From Candidatus Latescibacterota bacterium (lineage in GTDB: Bacteria > Latescibacterota > UBA2968 > UBA8231), in the NCBI GenBank assembly GCA_964291625.2, contig OZ220089.1:2048001-2112000 (forward strand): a stretch of DNA of 64,000 nucleotides. The letters run 5' to 3'. Position numbers and translations under genes: made by a program. Under the pieces are notes generated by a model. That model was given only the letters and a program-made list of their open reading frames with translations. It was not told where the DNA came from and did no database searches. Shown piece by piece: positions 29,358 through 39,741 of the stretch (within the stretch, counting starts at the first letter, position 1; the number at the start of each line of letters is the position of its first letter).

Positions 29358-30837
29358 CCGGGACTCCCCGATCCTCCTCACCGGCGCCACGGGCTACATC
29401 GGCGGCCGGCTGTTGCGGGCGCTGGAAGAGGCGGGGCATCGCGTCCGCTGCCTGACCCGGCGTCCCGAGGCCCTGCGGGACCGCGCCGCGGCGGCCACGG
29501 AGATCGTCGAGGGCGACGTCCTCGACCGGGAGAGCCTGAAGGGGCGGATGGACGGCGTTCGGGCCGCCTTCTACATGGTCCACTCCATGGGGTCGAGGGG
29601 CGACTTCGTGGAGCAGGACCGCCGGGGCGCCCGCAACTTCGGCGAAGAGGCGAGCCTCGCCGGGGTCAAGCGCATCATCTACCTCGGCGGTCTCGGCGAA
29701 GGGAGCGAGGAGCTCTCCCCCCATCTGAGGAGCCGCCTCGAGGTCGCCGAGGTTCTCCGGGAGTCGAGCGTGCAGGTCCTGGAGTTCCGCGCCTCCATCG
29801 TCATCGGCTCGGGCAGCCTCTCCTTCGAGATGATCCGGTCCCTCGTGGAGCGGCTCCCCCTCATGGTGACCCCGAAGTGGGTGGATGTCACCGCCCAGCC
29901 GATAGCGATCGAGGACCTGCTGCAGTACCTCTCCGCCGCCTTGGACCTGGAGGCTTCAGGGCACCAGATCTTCGAGGTCGGAGGCCCGGAGCCCGTCTCC
30001 TACGGCGATCTGATGCGGGAGTACGCGCGTCAGCGCCGGCTCCGGCGCCTGATGGTTCCCGTCCCCTTCCTGACCCCGGGCCTCTCCAGCCTCTGGCTCG
30101 GCCTGGTGACCCCCGTCTTCGCAAGGGTCGGGCGCAAGCTCATCGACAGCATCCGCCACCCCACCGTCGTCCGCGGCGACGGGGCCCGGAGAGCCTTCCC
30201 CCAGATCCGGCCGCAGGGCGTCCGCGAGGCCATCGAGAGTGCCCTGCGCAACGAAGACCGGCACTTCGCGGAGACCCGCTGGTCCGATTCCCTGGCCTCC
30301 GGCGGGGAGGTGCGGGACTGGGGCGGCGTGCGCTTCGGCAACCGGCTGGTCGATTCCCGCACCGTGCGGGTGGACGGCCCGCCGGCCGCGGCCTTCAGGC
30401 CCATCCGGCGGATCGGCGGAAGCACGGGGTGGTACTACGGCACCTGGCTGTGGAACCTGCGCGGCCTCCTGGACCTGGCCGCTGGCGGCGTCGGCATGCG
30501 CCGGGGCCGGCGCCACCCCGATACCCTCGCGGCCGGCGATGTCGTCGATTGCTGGCGAGTCGAGCTCCTCGAGCCGGACCGCCGCCTGCGGCTGCTGGCG
30601 GAGATGAAGCTGCCCGGCCGCGCCTGGCTGGAGTTCCTGGTCGAGGGGGACGAGGGGACCTCGATCATTCGCCAGACCGCGATCTTCGATCCCGCGGGGC
30701 TCCTCGGGCTGGCCTACTGGCACGCCGTCTGGCCCCTGCACCGCCTTATCTTCGCGGGCATGCTCAAGGGGATTGCCGATGCGTGCCCCAGGCCCGAGGC
30801 GGATCGAAGCCCCGAGGCCCCGGACCGCGGAGTCTGA
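29329..30837 (+). CDS. NAD(P)-dependent SDR/epimerase with DUF2867-like C-terminus
   Basis: TGATGYIG, YMVHSM, IGSGSLSFE, IGGSTGWYY, AEMKLPGRAWLEF; start uncertain. Confidence 0.87.
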   Translation: MPTSAAPGVDRDSPILLTGATGYIGGRLLRALEEAGHRVRCLTRRPEALRDRAAAATEIVEGDVLDRESLKGRMDGVRAAFYMVHSMGSRGDFVEQDRRGARNFGEEASLAGVKRIIYLGGLGEGSEELSPHLRSRLEVAEVLRESSVQVLEFRASIVIGSGSLSFEMIRSLVERLPLMVTPKWVDVTAQPIAIEDLLQYLSAALDLEASGHQIFEVGGPEPVSYGDLMREYARQRRLRRLMVPVPFLTPGLSSLWLGLVTPVFARVGRKLIDSIRHPTVVRGDGARRAFPQIRPQGVREAIESALRNEDRHFAETRWSDSLASGGEVRDWGGVRFGNRLVDSRTVRVDGPPAAAFRPIRRIGGSTGWYYGTWLWNLRGLLDLAAGGVGMRRGRRHPDTLAAGDVVDCWRVELLEPDRRLRLLAEMKLPGRAWLEFLVEGDEGTSIIRQTAIFDPAGLLGLAYWHAVWPLHRLIFAGMLKGIADACPRPEADRSPEAPDRGV

Positions 30838-30870
30838 CCCCCCTGTCACCCGGAATCGAAGAGATCCCTC

Positions 30871-31740
30871 ATGCCGAAACCCGTGAATCACCGCCCCGTC
30901 GAGAAGTGGGCGGACGTGCGCTCCCTGAGAATGCGGTACCTCGACTGGGGAGGCCACGGCGATCCCGTGCTCGCCCTGCACGGGCTGGCCTCCTCGGCCC
31001 ACTGGTACGACCTCCTGGCTCCCGAGCTGCGCGAGCGCTTCCGGATCGTCGCGCCGGACCAGCGCGGCCACGGGCGCACGACCCAGGCCCCGGACGGCTA
31101 CGACGGTCCCTCGATCGCCGCCGACGCCGTGGGACTATTGGACGCGCTGGGCATCGAGCGGGCCATCCTCTTCGGGCACTCGTGGGGCGGCAACGTGGCC
31201 GCCGCCGCGGCGGACCACTTCCCCGAGCGAGTGCGGGCGCTGGTCCTGATCGACGGCGGATTCATCGATCCGAAGATGATGCCCGGCGCCACCTGGGAGG
31301 AGTTCCGCCCCAGGTTCCGACCGCGAGACGTGTCCGGGACCCGGGCCGAGTTCCTTGCCCGCATCAGCGGCCAGCTCGCCGTCTGCTGGAACCGCGAGGT
31401 CGAGCGCATCGTGCAGACCATGGTCTACGACCGCGACGGACTGACGTACGACATCCTGGAGCCCGAGAACCATGCCCAGATCATCCGTGCCATCTGGGAC
31501 GACCCCGTCACCGACGCCTGGCCGCGCCTGGGCTGCCCGACCCTGGTGGTGCCCGCCCGCCCCCCGGCGAAGGAGACCCCCACCGAGTGGGACCTCATGC
31601 GCGAGCGCATGATGGACCTGGCGGCGCGGACCATCCCCAAGGGCCGCGTCCACTGGATCCCCGACACGATCCACGACGTCGGCTGGCACAAGCCGCGGGA
31701 ACTGGCCGGTGTCATCGTCGACTTCCTCGAGGCGGTCTGA
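30871..31740 (+). CDS. Alpha/beta hydrolase
   Basis: ALHGL, DQRGHG, GHSWGG. Confidence 0.9.
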   Translation: MPKPVNHRPVEKWADVRSLRMRYLDWGGHGDPVLALHGLASSAHWYDLLAPELRERFRIVAPDQRGHGRTTQAPDGYDGPSIAADAVGLLDALGIERAILFGHSWGGNVAAAAADHFPERVRALVLIDGGFIDPKMMPGATWEEFRPRFRPRDVSGTRAEFLARISGQLAVCWNREVERIVQTMVYDRDGLTYDILEPENHAQIIRAIWDDPVTDAWPRLGCPTLVVPARPPAKETPTEWDLMRERMMDLAARTIPKGRVHWIPDTIHDVGWHKPRELAGVIVDFLEAV

Positions 31741-31761
31741 GCGGCGCTGGAGTCACGGAGA

Positions 31762-32274
31762 GTGCGGAGGGTCTCCATCATCGGCTGCTCCGGCTCGGGC
31801 AAGTCCCGGCTGGCCGTCGAGCTGGGACCGGTGCTGGGCCTGCCGGTGATCCACATGGACGCCGTCCACTGGCACCCCGGATGGCAGAGGCCGCCGACGG
31901 AGGAGTGGCGGCGCCGGCATGGGGAGCTCCTTGGGCCCGAAGCCTGGATCCTCGACGGCAACTACGGCGGCACCATGGAGGAGCGCATCTCCGCCAGCGA
32001 CACCGTGATCCTGCTGGCTCCCTCCCGGGCCACCTGTCTCTTCCGCGTCTTCAAGCGGAGCCTCCGGCGATGGGGACCCAGGCGGCGGGACCTGGCCCCC
32101 GGGTGCCCGGAGCGGCTGCCCACTCTCGAGTTCCTCCGCTGGATCTGGAGGTACAACAGCATTCACCTGCCGCGCATCCTGCGGCGGCTGGAGCAGGTCC
32201 GGGGGGAGAAGAAGGTGGTGATCCTGCGGTCGGATGCGGAGGTGCGGGACTTCCTGGACTCGCTGCGAGGGTGA
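31762..32274 (+). CDS. Topology modulation protein (FlaR-like P-loop kinase)
   Basis: IIGCSGSGKS, WILDGNY, PGCPER. Confidence 0.85.
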   Translation: MRRVSIIGCSGSGKSRLAVELGPVLGLPVIHMDAVHWHPGWQRPPTEEWRRRHGELLGPEAWILDGNYGGTMEERISASDTVILLAPSRATCLFRVFKRSLRRWGPRRRDLAPGCPERLPTLEFLRWIWRYNSIHLPRILRRLEQVRGEKKVVILRSDAEVRDFLDSLRG

Positions 32275-32304
32275 GGGAGGTCCCAGCGGAACCCGCGTTC
32301 CCGG

Positions 32305-33255
32305 TCAGTCCAGCGGGAAGTCCGGCGGCACGTGCAGGGACCAGACCTCGCTGTCGAGCTCCTCGCCGTAGCCGCCGGCGACCCAGATCCTGTCGCGGAG
32401 TACGTACGCCGAGTGCTCGTGGCGGGGGCTCCAGATCACACTCGACCTCACCTCCGTCCACCGGGCGCCGTCGCGGCTGTACCAGACGTCGCCGAGGTTG
32501 CCGTCCTCGCGGTTCCAGCCGCCCAGGAGCCACATGCATCCCCGATGGACGACCACGGAGAACCAGATGCGCGGCTTCCACGGCGCCGCCTCGGTGACGC
32601 AGGTCCAGCGGACGCCGTCCTCCGAGCACCACACGTCGTTGCGGGGGATCGTCTTCGGCCGCCAGGCGCCGCCCCCCATGATCCACAGCTTCCCGCCGAA
32701 GACGGCGGCCTGGGCATGGGTGCGCTTGGGCCACTCGGCGCGGCGGGTCTCCAGGCGCCAGCTCTTCCCGTCGACTGAGGACCAGACGTCGTTCTTCAGG
32801 GTGTCGGCCGTGTCCTCGTAGAAGTTCTCGGTGCCGCCCATGATCCACATGCGGTCCCGGAAGACGGCGAAGGAGGGCGAGACCCGGGGGCACCAGCCGG
32901 CGCTGGCGTTCACCAGGGTCCAGTTCGCGCCGTCGGCGGAGGACCAGACCTGGTTGCAGTTGGCGGCGCCGGGCATGCGCCGGCCCCCCATGACCCACAT
33001 GCGGCCGCCGCAGGAGAGGGTGGCCGGAAGGTCCCCGTACTCCCACGGGGCCTCCTCGACCATGCAGGTCCAGTGGGCGCCGTCCGGCGACTTCCAGACG
33101 TCCCGGGGCCCCGTGGTCGTGGGCGAGAACCAGCCGCCCAGAATCCACAGGTGATCGTCGTGGACGAACTCCCCCTGCGAGTCCCGGGCCTGCCAGGGGG
33201 CCTGGCGGGTGACGCATTCCCAGTCGGGCCCCGGCTTCGTGCGGTGTTCCGGCAT
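32305..33255 (-). CDS. Kelch-repeat beta-propeller protein
   Basis: Repeated WxxGG...DVWxSxDGxxW units; GGAGG SD. Confidence 0.85.
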   Translation of the reverse strand: MPEHRTKPGPDWECVTRQAPWQARDSQGEFVHDDHLWILGGWFSPTTTGPRDVWKSPDGAHWTCMVEEAPWEYGDLPATLSCGGRMWVMGGRRMPGAANCNQVWSSADGANWTLVNASAGWCPRVSPSFAVFRDRMWIMGGTENFYEDTADTLKNDVWSSVDGKSWRLETRRAEWPKRTHAQAAVFGGKLWIMGGGAWRPKTIPRNDVWCSEDGVRWTCVTEAAPWKPRIWFSVVVHRGCMWLLGGWNREDGNLGDVWYSRDGARWTEVRSSVIWSPRHEHSAYVLRDRIWVAGGYGEELDSEVWSLHVPPDFPLD

Positions 33256-33349
33256 CTCGTCCTCCGCGTGGCTGATGGCGGCAGAGGCGCCTAGACTTGG
33301 GGATTCCCAGCCCCAAGGCAAGTCACGCCCCTCTCGGAGTGAATCCCCC

Positions 33350-35476
33350 ATGCGACGAATGACCCTGACCCTGCTCCCTCTGCTCCTGGCGGCCGGCGCC
33401 CCGGCCCAGGAGGACGGCCTCGTGGCCCACTACCCCTTCAACGAGGGCGAAGGCACCGTCGCCCGCGACGCCGGCGGCCACGGTCTCCACGGTGTCATCC
33501 ACGGGGCGGAGTACGTCAAACTGCCGGAGGGGTACGCCCTGCGCTTCGACGGCCAGGACGACCACGTGGAGGTCCCGGACTCGGAGCGGCTGCGCTTCAG
33601 TGGGCCGCACACCGTGAGCTGCTGGATCAACACGCCCGTCAACTCCTCGCAGGCGGTGCTGGCCAAGAACGGCTGCAGCATCCTGCGCCAGAACTACCGT
33701 CTCAGCCTCGAGCGGAACCGGGTGAACTTCAACGTCACCGACTGTCCCGAGGGCAGGACGGCGGGCGGGCCCGGCCCCGGCCAGCAGACCTGGGCCCACC
33801 TGGCCGGCACCTTCGAGGACGGCGAGGTCCGGGTCTACGTGAACGGCCAGCTTCGGGGAACGCAGGACAACGACCCCTTCGAGGCCGGCACCCTGGAGGC
33901 GTCCTTCTACGTGGGGACCCGCGTCTACGGTCCGGGCCCGGGCGGCTTCTTCACCGGCCTGATCGACGACGTCCGGCTCTACGGCCGGGCCCTCTCCGAG
34001 GCCGAGATCGCCGCCCAGTACGAGGCCGGGAAGGAACTGAGGATCTCGGTGCTGGACCGCATGAAGGCGCGGATTTCCCCGGTCTCGGAAGAGGACACGA
34101 CGCCCCCGGCCCTCGTCCTCCCCCGTCCGGTGCCGGACTCGACGGTGGAGGGTCCGCCGGTCCTCTCGGCCGGGTTCCGGGAGGACGGCTCGGGGATCGA
34201 CCCCGCCTCGATCCGGATCCTGCTCGACGGCGAGGACGTCACCTCCCGCGCCGAGATCACAGGGGACGGGTTCCGCTACGCCGCCGGGAGCCTGGCCGAC
34301 GGCATCCACCGGGTGGACGTCTCCCTCTCCGACCGGGCGGGCAACGCCGGCAACCGGCTGCGCTGGCGCTTCGGCGTCAACGCGCCCGTCCCGGTGGTGT
34401 CGGGCTTCGACGGGGACGTCTTCCGCGTCAACGGCGAGCCCTTCTTCCCGGTCGGCATCTACTCCTCCAACGTCTCGCACAAGAGTCACATGCCCTACCT
34501 GGCCCAGGCGGTCGAGGCCGGGATCAACTACAAGCTCATCGGCGAAGCCTCCACCCGGACCCTGGACGACCTGCTGGCCGCGGGAATGAAGGGGCTCATC
34601 CACTTCTACTACGCCTCCCAGGCCCTGGGCCGCGGCGACCCCGGCCATCTCACCGACCTGATCGCCCGAGTCAAGGACCACCCCGCCACCCTGGCCTGGT
34701 GGAACGAGTACGCCAGCGAGAACCAGGCGGCCCTGGCCGCCGAGACCTACCGGTTCATCCGCGAGAGAGACCCGAACCACCCCGTCACCTTCATGCTCCA
34801 GTGGGGAGGTGCCCTGGGCGACGCCTACTTCGTCTACTCCTACCCCATCCTCAACCCGCTGCTGCCCGACAACTCGATCACCTCCATGGACGAGCTGACT
34901 CTCGACGCGGCCTTCGAGGCCGCCGGACCCGAGGGCAAGCAGGTGTGGTTCTGCTCCCAGACCTTCGACTACCGCCTCGACAGCAACCGCGGCCGGATCG
35001 TCACCCTCGAGGGGGGTTTCCGCCCCAGCCGCGAGGAGATCCGGGCCATGAACTACCTGGCCCTGGCCCGGGGCGTGAAGGGACTCGTGTTCTACGCGGC
35101 CGGGGGCAGGATCCCCGATACCCCGTACACCAACGACGTGGCGATCTATCCGCGGCAATGGACGGAGGTCCTCAAGCTCTCCGGCGAGATCCGCCATTTG
35201 GCCCCGACCCTGGCCGCGGGCGCCGCGGTGCAGAGCGTGCAGCTGGAGCAGGAAGGGGAAGCCATCCAGTTCACGGAACGGCTCCACGACGGCGTCCACA
35301 CCCTGATCGCCGTCAACGTGACGCCGGAGCTGGCCCTCGGCACGTGGCGCTTCGACCGGCCCGTGCGGCCCCTGGCGATGTTCGAGGACCGCGCGGCCAG
35401 CACCGAGTCCCGCGGCTTCACCGACCTCTTCCAGCCCCTGGAGGTCCACGTCTACCAGTGGCCGGAGGCCGACTGA
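33350..35476 (+). CDS. Secreted LamG + Ig-like + putative glycoside-hydrolase-like TIM-barrel protein
   Basis: Signal peptide; GLVAHYPFNEG, GLIDDVRLY; DGSGID Ig module; VNGEPFFPVGIY, WWNE, EEIRAMNYLALARG. Confidence 0.75.
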   Translation: MRRMTLTLLPLLLAAGAPAQEDGLVAHYPFNEGEGTVARDAGGHGLHGVIHGAEYVKLPEGYALRFDGQDDHVEVPDSERLRFSGPHTVSCWINTPVNSSQAVLAKNGCSILRQNYRLSLERNRVNFNVTDCPEGRTAGGPGPGQQTWAHLAGTFEDGEVRVYVNGQLRGTQDNDPFEAGTLEASFYVGTRVYGPGPGGFFTGLIDDVRLYGRALSEAEIAAQYEAGKELRISVLDRMKARISPVSEEDTTPPALVLPRPVPDSTVEGPPVLSAGFREDGSGIDPASIRILLDGEDVTSRAEITGDGFRYAAGSLADGIHRVDVSLSDRAGNAGNRLRWRFGVNAPVPVVSGFDGDVFRVNGEPFFPVGIYSSNVSHKSHMPYLAQAVEAGINYKLIGEASTRTLDDLLAAGMKGLIHFYYASQALGRGDPGHLTDLIARVKDHPATLAWWNEYASENQAALAAETYRFIRERDPNHPVTFMLQWGGALGDAYFVYSYPILNPLLPDNSITSMDELTLDAAFEAAGPEGKQVWFCSQTFDYRLDSNRGRIVTLEGGFRPSREEIRAMNYLALARGVKGLVFYAAGGRIPDTPYTNDVAIYPRQWTEVLKLSGEIRHLAPTLAAGAAVQSVQLEQEGEAIQFTERLHDGVHTLIAVNVTPELALGTWRFDRPVRPLAMFEDRAASTESRGFTDLFQPLEVHVYQWPEAD

Positions 35477-35508
35477 CCCCGACGGCGGCGCGAGACACGG
35501 GAGGATCC

Positions 35509-36264
35509 ATGTCACAGGCTGAGCCAACGGCCCGGGTGGCCATCGTCACCGGCGCCGCCCAGGGAATGGGCGCGCAGATCGCCCGGACCCTGGCCGAGGA
35601 CGGTGCCCGCGTCGTGCTCTGCGACCTGAACCGCCATCGGGTCGAGCGGACCGCGGCCGAGATCGACCCCGACGGGACCCGCGCCGTGGGCCGGCGCACC
35701 GACGTGACCGACGAGTCCGCCGTCGACGAGCTGGTGGCCGCGGCCCTGGAGAGGTTCGGCAGGGTCGACATCCTCGTGAACAACGCCGGCGTCCTGCGCC
35801 CGACGAGGATCGAGGAGATCTCGGCGGAGGAGTGGGACCTCGTGGTGGAGGCCAACCTCAAGGGGACCTTCCTGTGCAGCCGGGCGGTCCTCGGCCCGAT
35901 GAAGGCGAACGGGTACGGCCGCATCATCAACATGTCGTCGTCGGCCGGCCGCAGCGTCAGCACCCTCGGCGGCGCCCACTACACGGCCGCCAAGGCCGGG
36001 GTTCTCGGCTTCACGCGGGCCCTGGCCAAGGAAATGGCGCCCCACGGCATCACGGCGAACTCGATCTGCCCCGGCCTGATCGACACGGAGATGGTCCGCG
36101 CCAACTGCCCTCCCGGGCGGCTGCGGGCCTACGAGGAGAGCTTTCCCATCTCCCGCCTCGGGACGCCCGACGAGGTGGCGCGGCTGGTCCTGTTCCTGGT
36201 GAGGGACGCCCCCTACATCACCGGCGCCGCCTTCGACATCAACGGCGGCGATCTGATGATCTGA
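35509..36264 (+). CDS. Short-chain dehydrogenase/reductase (FabG-like)
   Basis: [24 protein letters not shown]. Confidence 0.92.
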   Translation: MSQAEPTARVAIVTGAAQGMGAQIARTLAEDGARVVLCDLNRHRVERTAAEIDPDGTRAVGRRTDVTDESAVDELVAAALERFGRVDILVNNAGVLRPTRIEEISAEEWDLVVEANLKGTFLCSRAVLGPMKANGYGRIINMSSSAGRSVSTLGGAHYTAAKAGVLGFTRALAKEMAPHGITANSICPGLIDTEMVRANCPPGRLRAYEESFPISRLGTPDEVARLVLFLVRDAPYITGAAFDINGGDLMI

Positions 36265-36278
36265 GCGATTCGGGAGGA

Positions 36279-37464
36279 ATGATGTACGGAACGATGAAGG
36301 AACACCTCAAAGACCAGCTGGCGCAGATCGAGGAGGATGGACTCTACAAGCGGGAGCGGGTGGTCGCCGGGCCGCAGCAGGCCGTGGTCGACGTGGCCGG
36401 CCGCCGCGTGCTCAACATGTGCGCCAACAACTACCTGGGCCTGGCCGGCCACCCGGAGATCGTCGAGGCCGCCCGGGCGAGCCTGGACGAGTGGGGCTAC
36501 GGCCTCTCCTCGGTGCGCTTCATCTGCGGCACCCAGCCGATCCACCACCAGCTCGAGTCCCGGATCGCGGAGTTCCTCGGCACCGAGGCGGCGATCCTCT
36601 ACAGCTCCTGCTTCGACGCCAACGGCGGCCTCTTCGAAACCCTCCTGGGGCCCGAGGACGCGGTGATCAGCGACGAGCTGAACCACGCCAGCATCATCGA
36701 CGGCATCCGCCTCTGCAAGGCGAGGCGGTTGCGCTACCGGAACTCGGACCTCGAAGACCTGAAGGCGAAGCTGGTGGAAGCCGCCGGCTGCAGGTTCCGC
36801 CTGATCGTCACCGACGGCGTGTTCTCCATGGACGGCATCATCGCCGACCTGAAGGGGGTCTGCGACCTGGCCGACGAGCACGGCGCCATGGTGATGATCG
36901 ACGACTCCCACGCCGTCGGCTTCCTGGGCGAGAACGGCCGCGGCACCCACGAGCACTGCCAGGTCCTGGACCGCGTCGACATCATCACCGGCACCCTCGG
37001 CAAGGCCCTCGGAGGCGCCAGCGGCGGCTACACCAGCGGCCGCCGGGAGATCGTCGACCTGCTGCGCCAGCGGTCGCGGCCGTACCTGTTCTCCAACACC
37101 CTGGCGCCGAGCATCGTCAGCGCCTCCCTCAAGGCCCTGGAGATCCTCTCGGCTTCCGAGTGAGCTGCGCGACCGGCTCCACGCCAACACGAGGTACTTC
37201 AAGGCCGCCCTGTCGGCCCGCGGCTTCGACCTCAACGACGGCGAACACCCCATCGTCCCCATCATGCTCGGCGACGCCGTGCTGGCCCAGAAGGTGGCCG
37301 CCCGCCTGCTGGAGAAGGGCGTCTTCGCCATCGGCTTCTTCTATCCCGTGGTCCCCGAGGGCCGGGCGCGCATCCGCACCCAGATATCCGCGGCGCATAC
37401 CCGGGAGGACCTGGACTTCGCGGTCCGGGCCTTTACCGAAGTCAAGGAAGAGTACGGGCTCTAG
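36279..37464 (+). pseudogene. kbl: Glycine C-acetyltransferase split by a 1-nt frameshift near 37158
   Basis: [35 protein letters not shown]; stop at 37163, with the C-terminus (ELRDRLHAN...ARIRTQISAAH) continuing in another frame to 37464. Confidence 0.85.
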
Positions 37465-38552
37465 CTCGAGTCGCCGCCGGCCTCGGCCACGCGTTGCCGC
37501 TGCCACGGCTGGCGCCCGCCGTAGAACTCGCCTTCGTCGAAGGAGGGAGCCGCCGGCGGCGGCGATGACCTCCGCCCGTAGACGACCAGGTCCACGAATC
37601 CGCCGCCGACGCGCAGCCGGGCCTTGTAGCGCGCCTCCTCGGCGAACCCGGCCTCCTCCAGCAGCCGCTTCTGGTCCTCGTCGCAGTCGGCGGCGTGCAC
37701 GCTCAGCGCCGTAATGCCCAGGGCGGCGCAGCGCTCCACGGCCGCGCCCAGCAGGGCGGCGGAGCGGCTCGCGAAGGCCGGCGCCACGCGGAAGCTCAGC
37801 ACGGCCGTGTGCTGCTCGGCGAAGGTGTCCCGCCGCTCGGCCGTGGCCAGGCCCACCAGGCGGCCGGCGGCGTTCTCCAGGGCCACGCAGACGCCCCTTC
37901 CCCCCTTCAGGCGCAGGAAGGTCTTCAGGAAGTGGCTCTCGTAGCGGGTGTCGTGGAAGCACCGGCTCAGGGAGTCCTTCACGATCCACCGCGGCTCCGG
38001 ATGGTTGAAGAGGGCGGCCGCCCGGGGCAGGTCCGCCAGGGTGGCGTCGCGGACCACGGCCGGACCGCCGCCGCCGAGGTAGTCCCGGTCGAACTCCCCG
38101 GCCCCGGGCGCCAGGTAACGCATCCCGTCCCCGACCAGATAGCGGAACCCGCGGCTCTCGTAGAGCCGGCCGGCATGGGGGTTCGTCGTGCACAGGTAGA
38201 GGGCCAGTCCCCCGGCCCGGGTGAAGTCCTCCACCAGCCGTCCGAGGAGGGCCGCGGCGACCCCCTTGCGCCGGTGGGCCTCCGTTGTCGAGACGAACTC
38301 CACGATCCCGATCTCGCGGCCCTCGGCGGGGGTCCAGCAGCTCATGTATCCGGCCCGCTCCCCGGCGATCTCTCCCAGGTACCAGGGGGTGTAGAGCCAC
38401 GGCCGCAGTTTCCCCGCCATCACGTCGCCGGCCGCGTCCCCCCACCAGCAGAGCTCCTCCCCTCCGCCGGGGAAGGGCGGCTCGCACACCCGGACGGTGA
38501 GTTCCTCCCCGGTGCCGAGCCGGACCGTACTGTTCTCCGCTGAGTTCATCAC
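37461..38552 (-). CDS. Tandem GNAT acetyltransferase
   Basis: HRRKGVAAALL, RLYESRGF; second domain ending LEEAGF. Confidence 0.75.
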   Translation of the reverse strand: MMNSAENSTVRLGTGEELTVRVCEPPFPGGGEELCWWGDAAGDVMAGKLRPWLYTPWYLGEIAGERAGYMSCWTPAEGREIGIVEFVSTTEAHRRKGVAAALLGRLVEDFTRAGGLALYLCTTNPHAGRLYESRGFRYLVGDGMRYLAPGAGEFDRDYLGGGGPAVVRDATLADLPRAAALFNHPEPRWIVKDSLSRCFHDTRYESHFLKTFLRLKGGRGVCVALENAAGRLVGLATAERRDTFAEQHTAVLSFRVAPAFASRSAALLGAAVERCAALGITALSVHAADCDEDQKRLLEEAGFAEEARYKARLRVGGGFVDLVVYGRRSSPPPAAPSFDEGEFYGGRQPWQRQRVAEAGGDSS

Positions 38553-38568
38553 CCTCTCTCCTGGTCTG

Positions 38569-39741
38569 CTATCCGCCCCCGGCCCGCGCCCGCCGGACCG
38601 CCGCCACCACCGCCCAGTAGACCGCCGCCTGCACGATCCCCGAGCCTGGCAGGATCTCGATGTCGTATCCCGGCACCGGCGTCACGGCGTCACCGAAGGG
38701 CCACTTCGGCCGGATGACGTGGTCCGGCGCCGGCGGCGGGTGGTCCGTGCCGTCGCCGGTGATCACCTCGACGATCCGCGCCCCCGCCCGTCTCGCGGCG
38801 GCGTAGGCGTCCACCGGCCGCCGGTAGTACCCGAGAAAGAACAGCAGATCTCCCGGCCGCAGCTTCTCCTCGAGCTCGCCCACCCGCGGGGACTCCCCCC
38901 GCAGCCGCGCCAGGGGCCGCATGTACGGCGGATCCCCCGGCGCCCCGAGCTGATACATGGGGAAGTGCGAGATCAGGCCCGCGTGAATTCGGCCGCCCGC
39001 CGCCAGGACCTCGGCGCAGACCGCCCCGACGGCCTCGATCGCACCCGCCTCCTCCTCGATCAGGGCCCGCAGGATCGCCCCGATGCGGTCCAGGTAGTCG
39101 CGGCCCAACCGCCCCGCGGGGATCGCCGGCACCCGGTGGGTCTCGTGGAAGGGCGCGTCGGCGAAGCGGGCGTTGCGCTCCCTCGCCCCCGGCACCAGCA
39201 CGCTCTGGTACATGGCGGGCATGCGCCCGGCGCGGGTGAGGGCGGCCACGATCTCCCCGGTGAGCGCCCACAGGAGGAGCAGGCTCTGCAGGGAGGTGAG
39301 CGGGTAGGCCTCGCCGCCGAAGAGAGCGGCCGCCTCCTCGCGGGGAGGGACCGGGCTGTCGAGGAGGATATCGTCCGGCCGCGGGTTGTCCCCGGGTCGC
39401 TCGGCCGGACCGATGGCGGCGACCAGAGCGCCCGATGAGCGCAGGCGCCGCAGCAGTTCCCGCTCACGCTCCGGCGGGGCTCCGGTCCAACCGAGGATCA
39501 CCGCGTCCTCCGGCGAGAGCACCGTCTCCGGCGTCCACTCCTCCGCCAGCATCAGCCCCCCGGAGCGGGTATAGCCTTCCGATGTGAAGTCGGGACGGAC
39601 GCTGGCCAGGAAGAGCCTGCCCCCGGCCTCGAGCCGCGCGGCGATCCGCCCTGCTGCGTCGGAGACCGCCGGCAGGCGCTCTCCCAGGCCGTCGACACCT
39701 GCCAGCAGCGCTTCGAGATAGCCCACGGAAGGGGAGGTCAA
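38569..39741 (-). CDS. Hypothetical protein, possibly tandem SIS (sugar isomerase)-like domains
   Basis: RIAARLEAGGRLF and VLAAGGRIH repeats; ILPGSGIVQ; start uncertain. Confidence 0.5.
   Translation of the reverse strand: MTSPSVGYLEALLAGVDGLGERLPAVSDAAGRIAARLEAGGRLFLASVRPDFTSEGYTRSGGLMLAEEWTPETVLSPEDAVILGWTGAPPERERELLRRLRSSGALVAAIGPAERPGDNPRPDDILLDSPVPPREEAAALFGGEAYPLTSLQSLLLLWALTGEIVAALTRAGRMPAMYQSVLVPGARERNARFADAPFHETHRVPAIPAGRLGRDYLDRIGAILRALIEEEAGAIEAVGAVCAEVLAAGGRIHAGLISHFPMYQLGAPGDPPYMRPLARLRGESPRVGELEEKLRPGDLLFFLGYYRRPVDAYAAARRAGARIVEVITGDGTDHPPPAPDHVIRPKWPFGDAVTPVPGYDIEILPGSGIVQAAVYWAVVAAVRRARAGGG

Noticed and set aside
37140-37180. Programmed frameshift in kbl
   Set aside because: No slippery sequence or stimulator, and none is known to me for this family.
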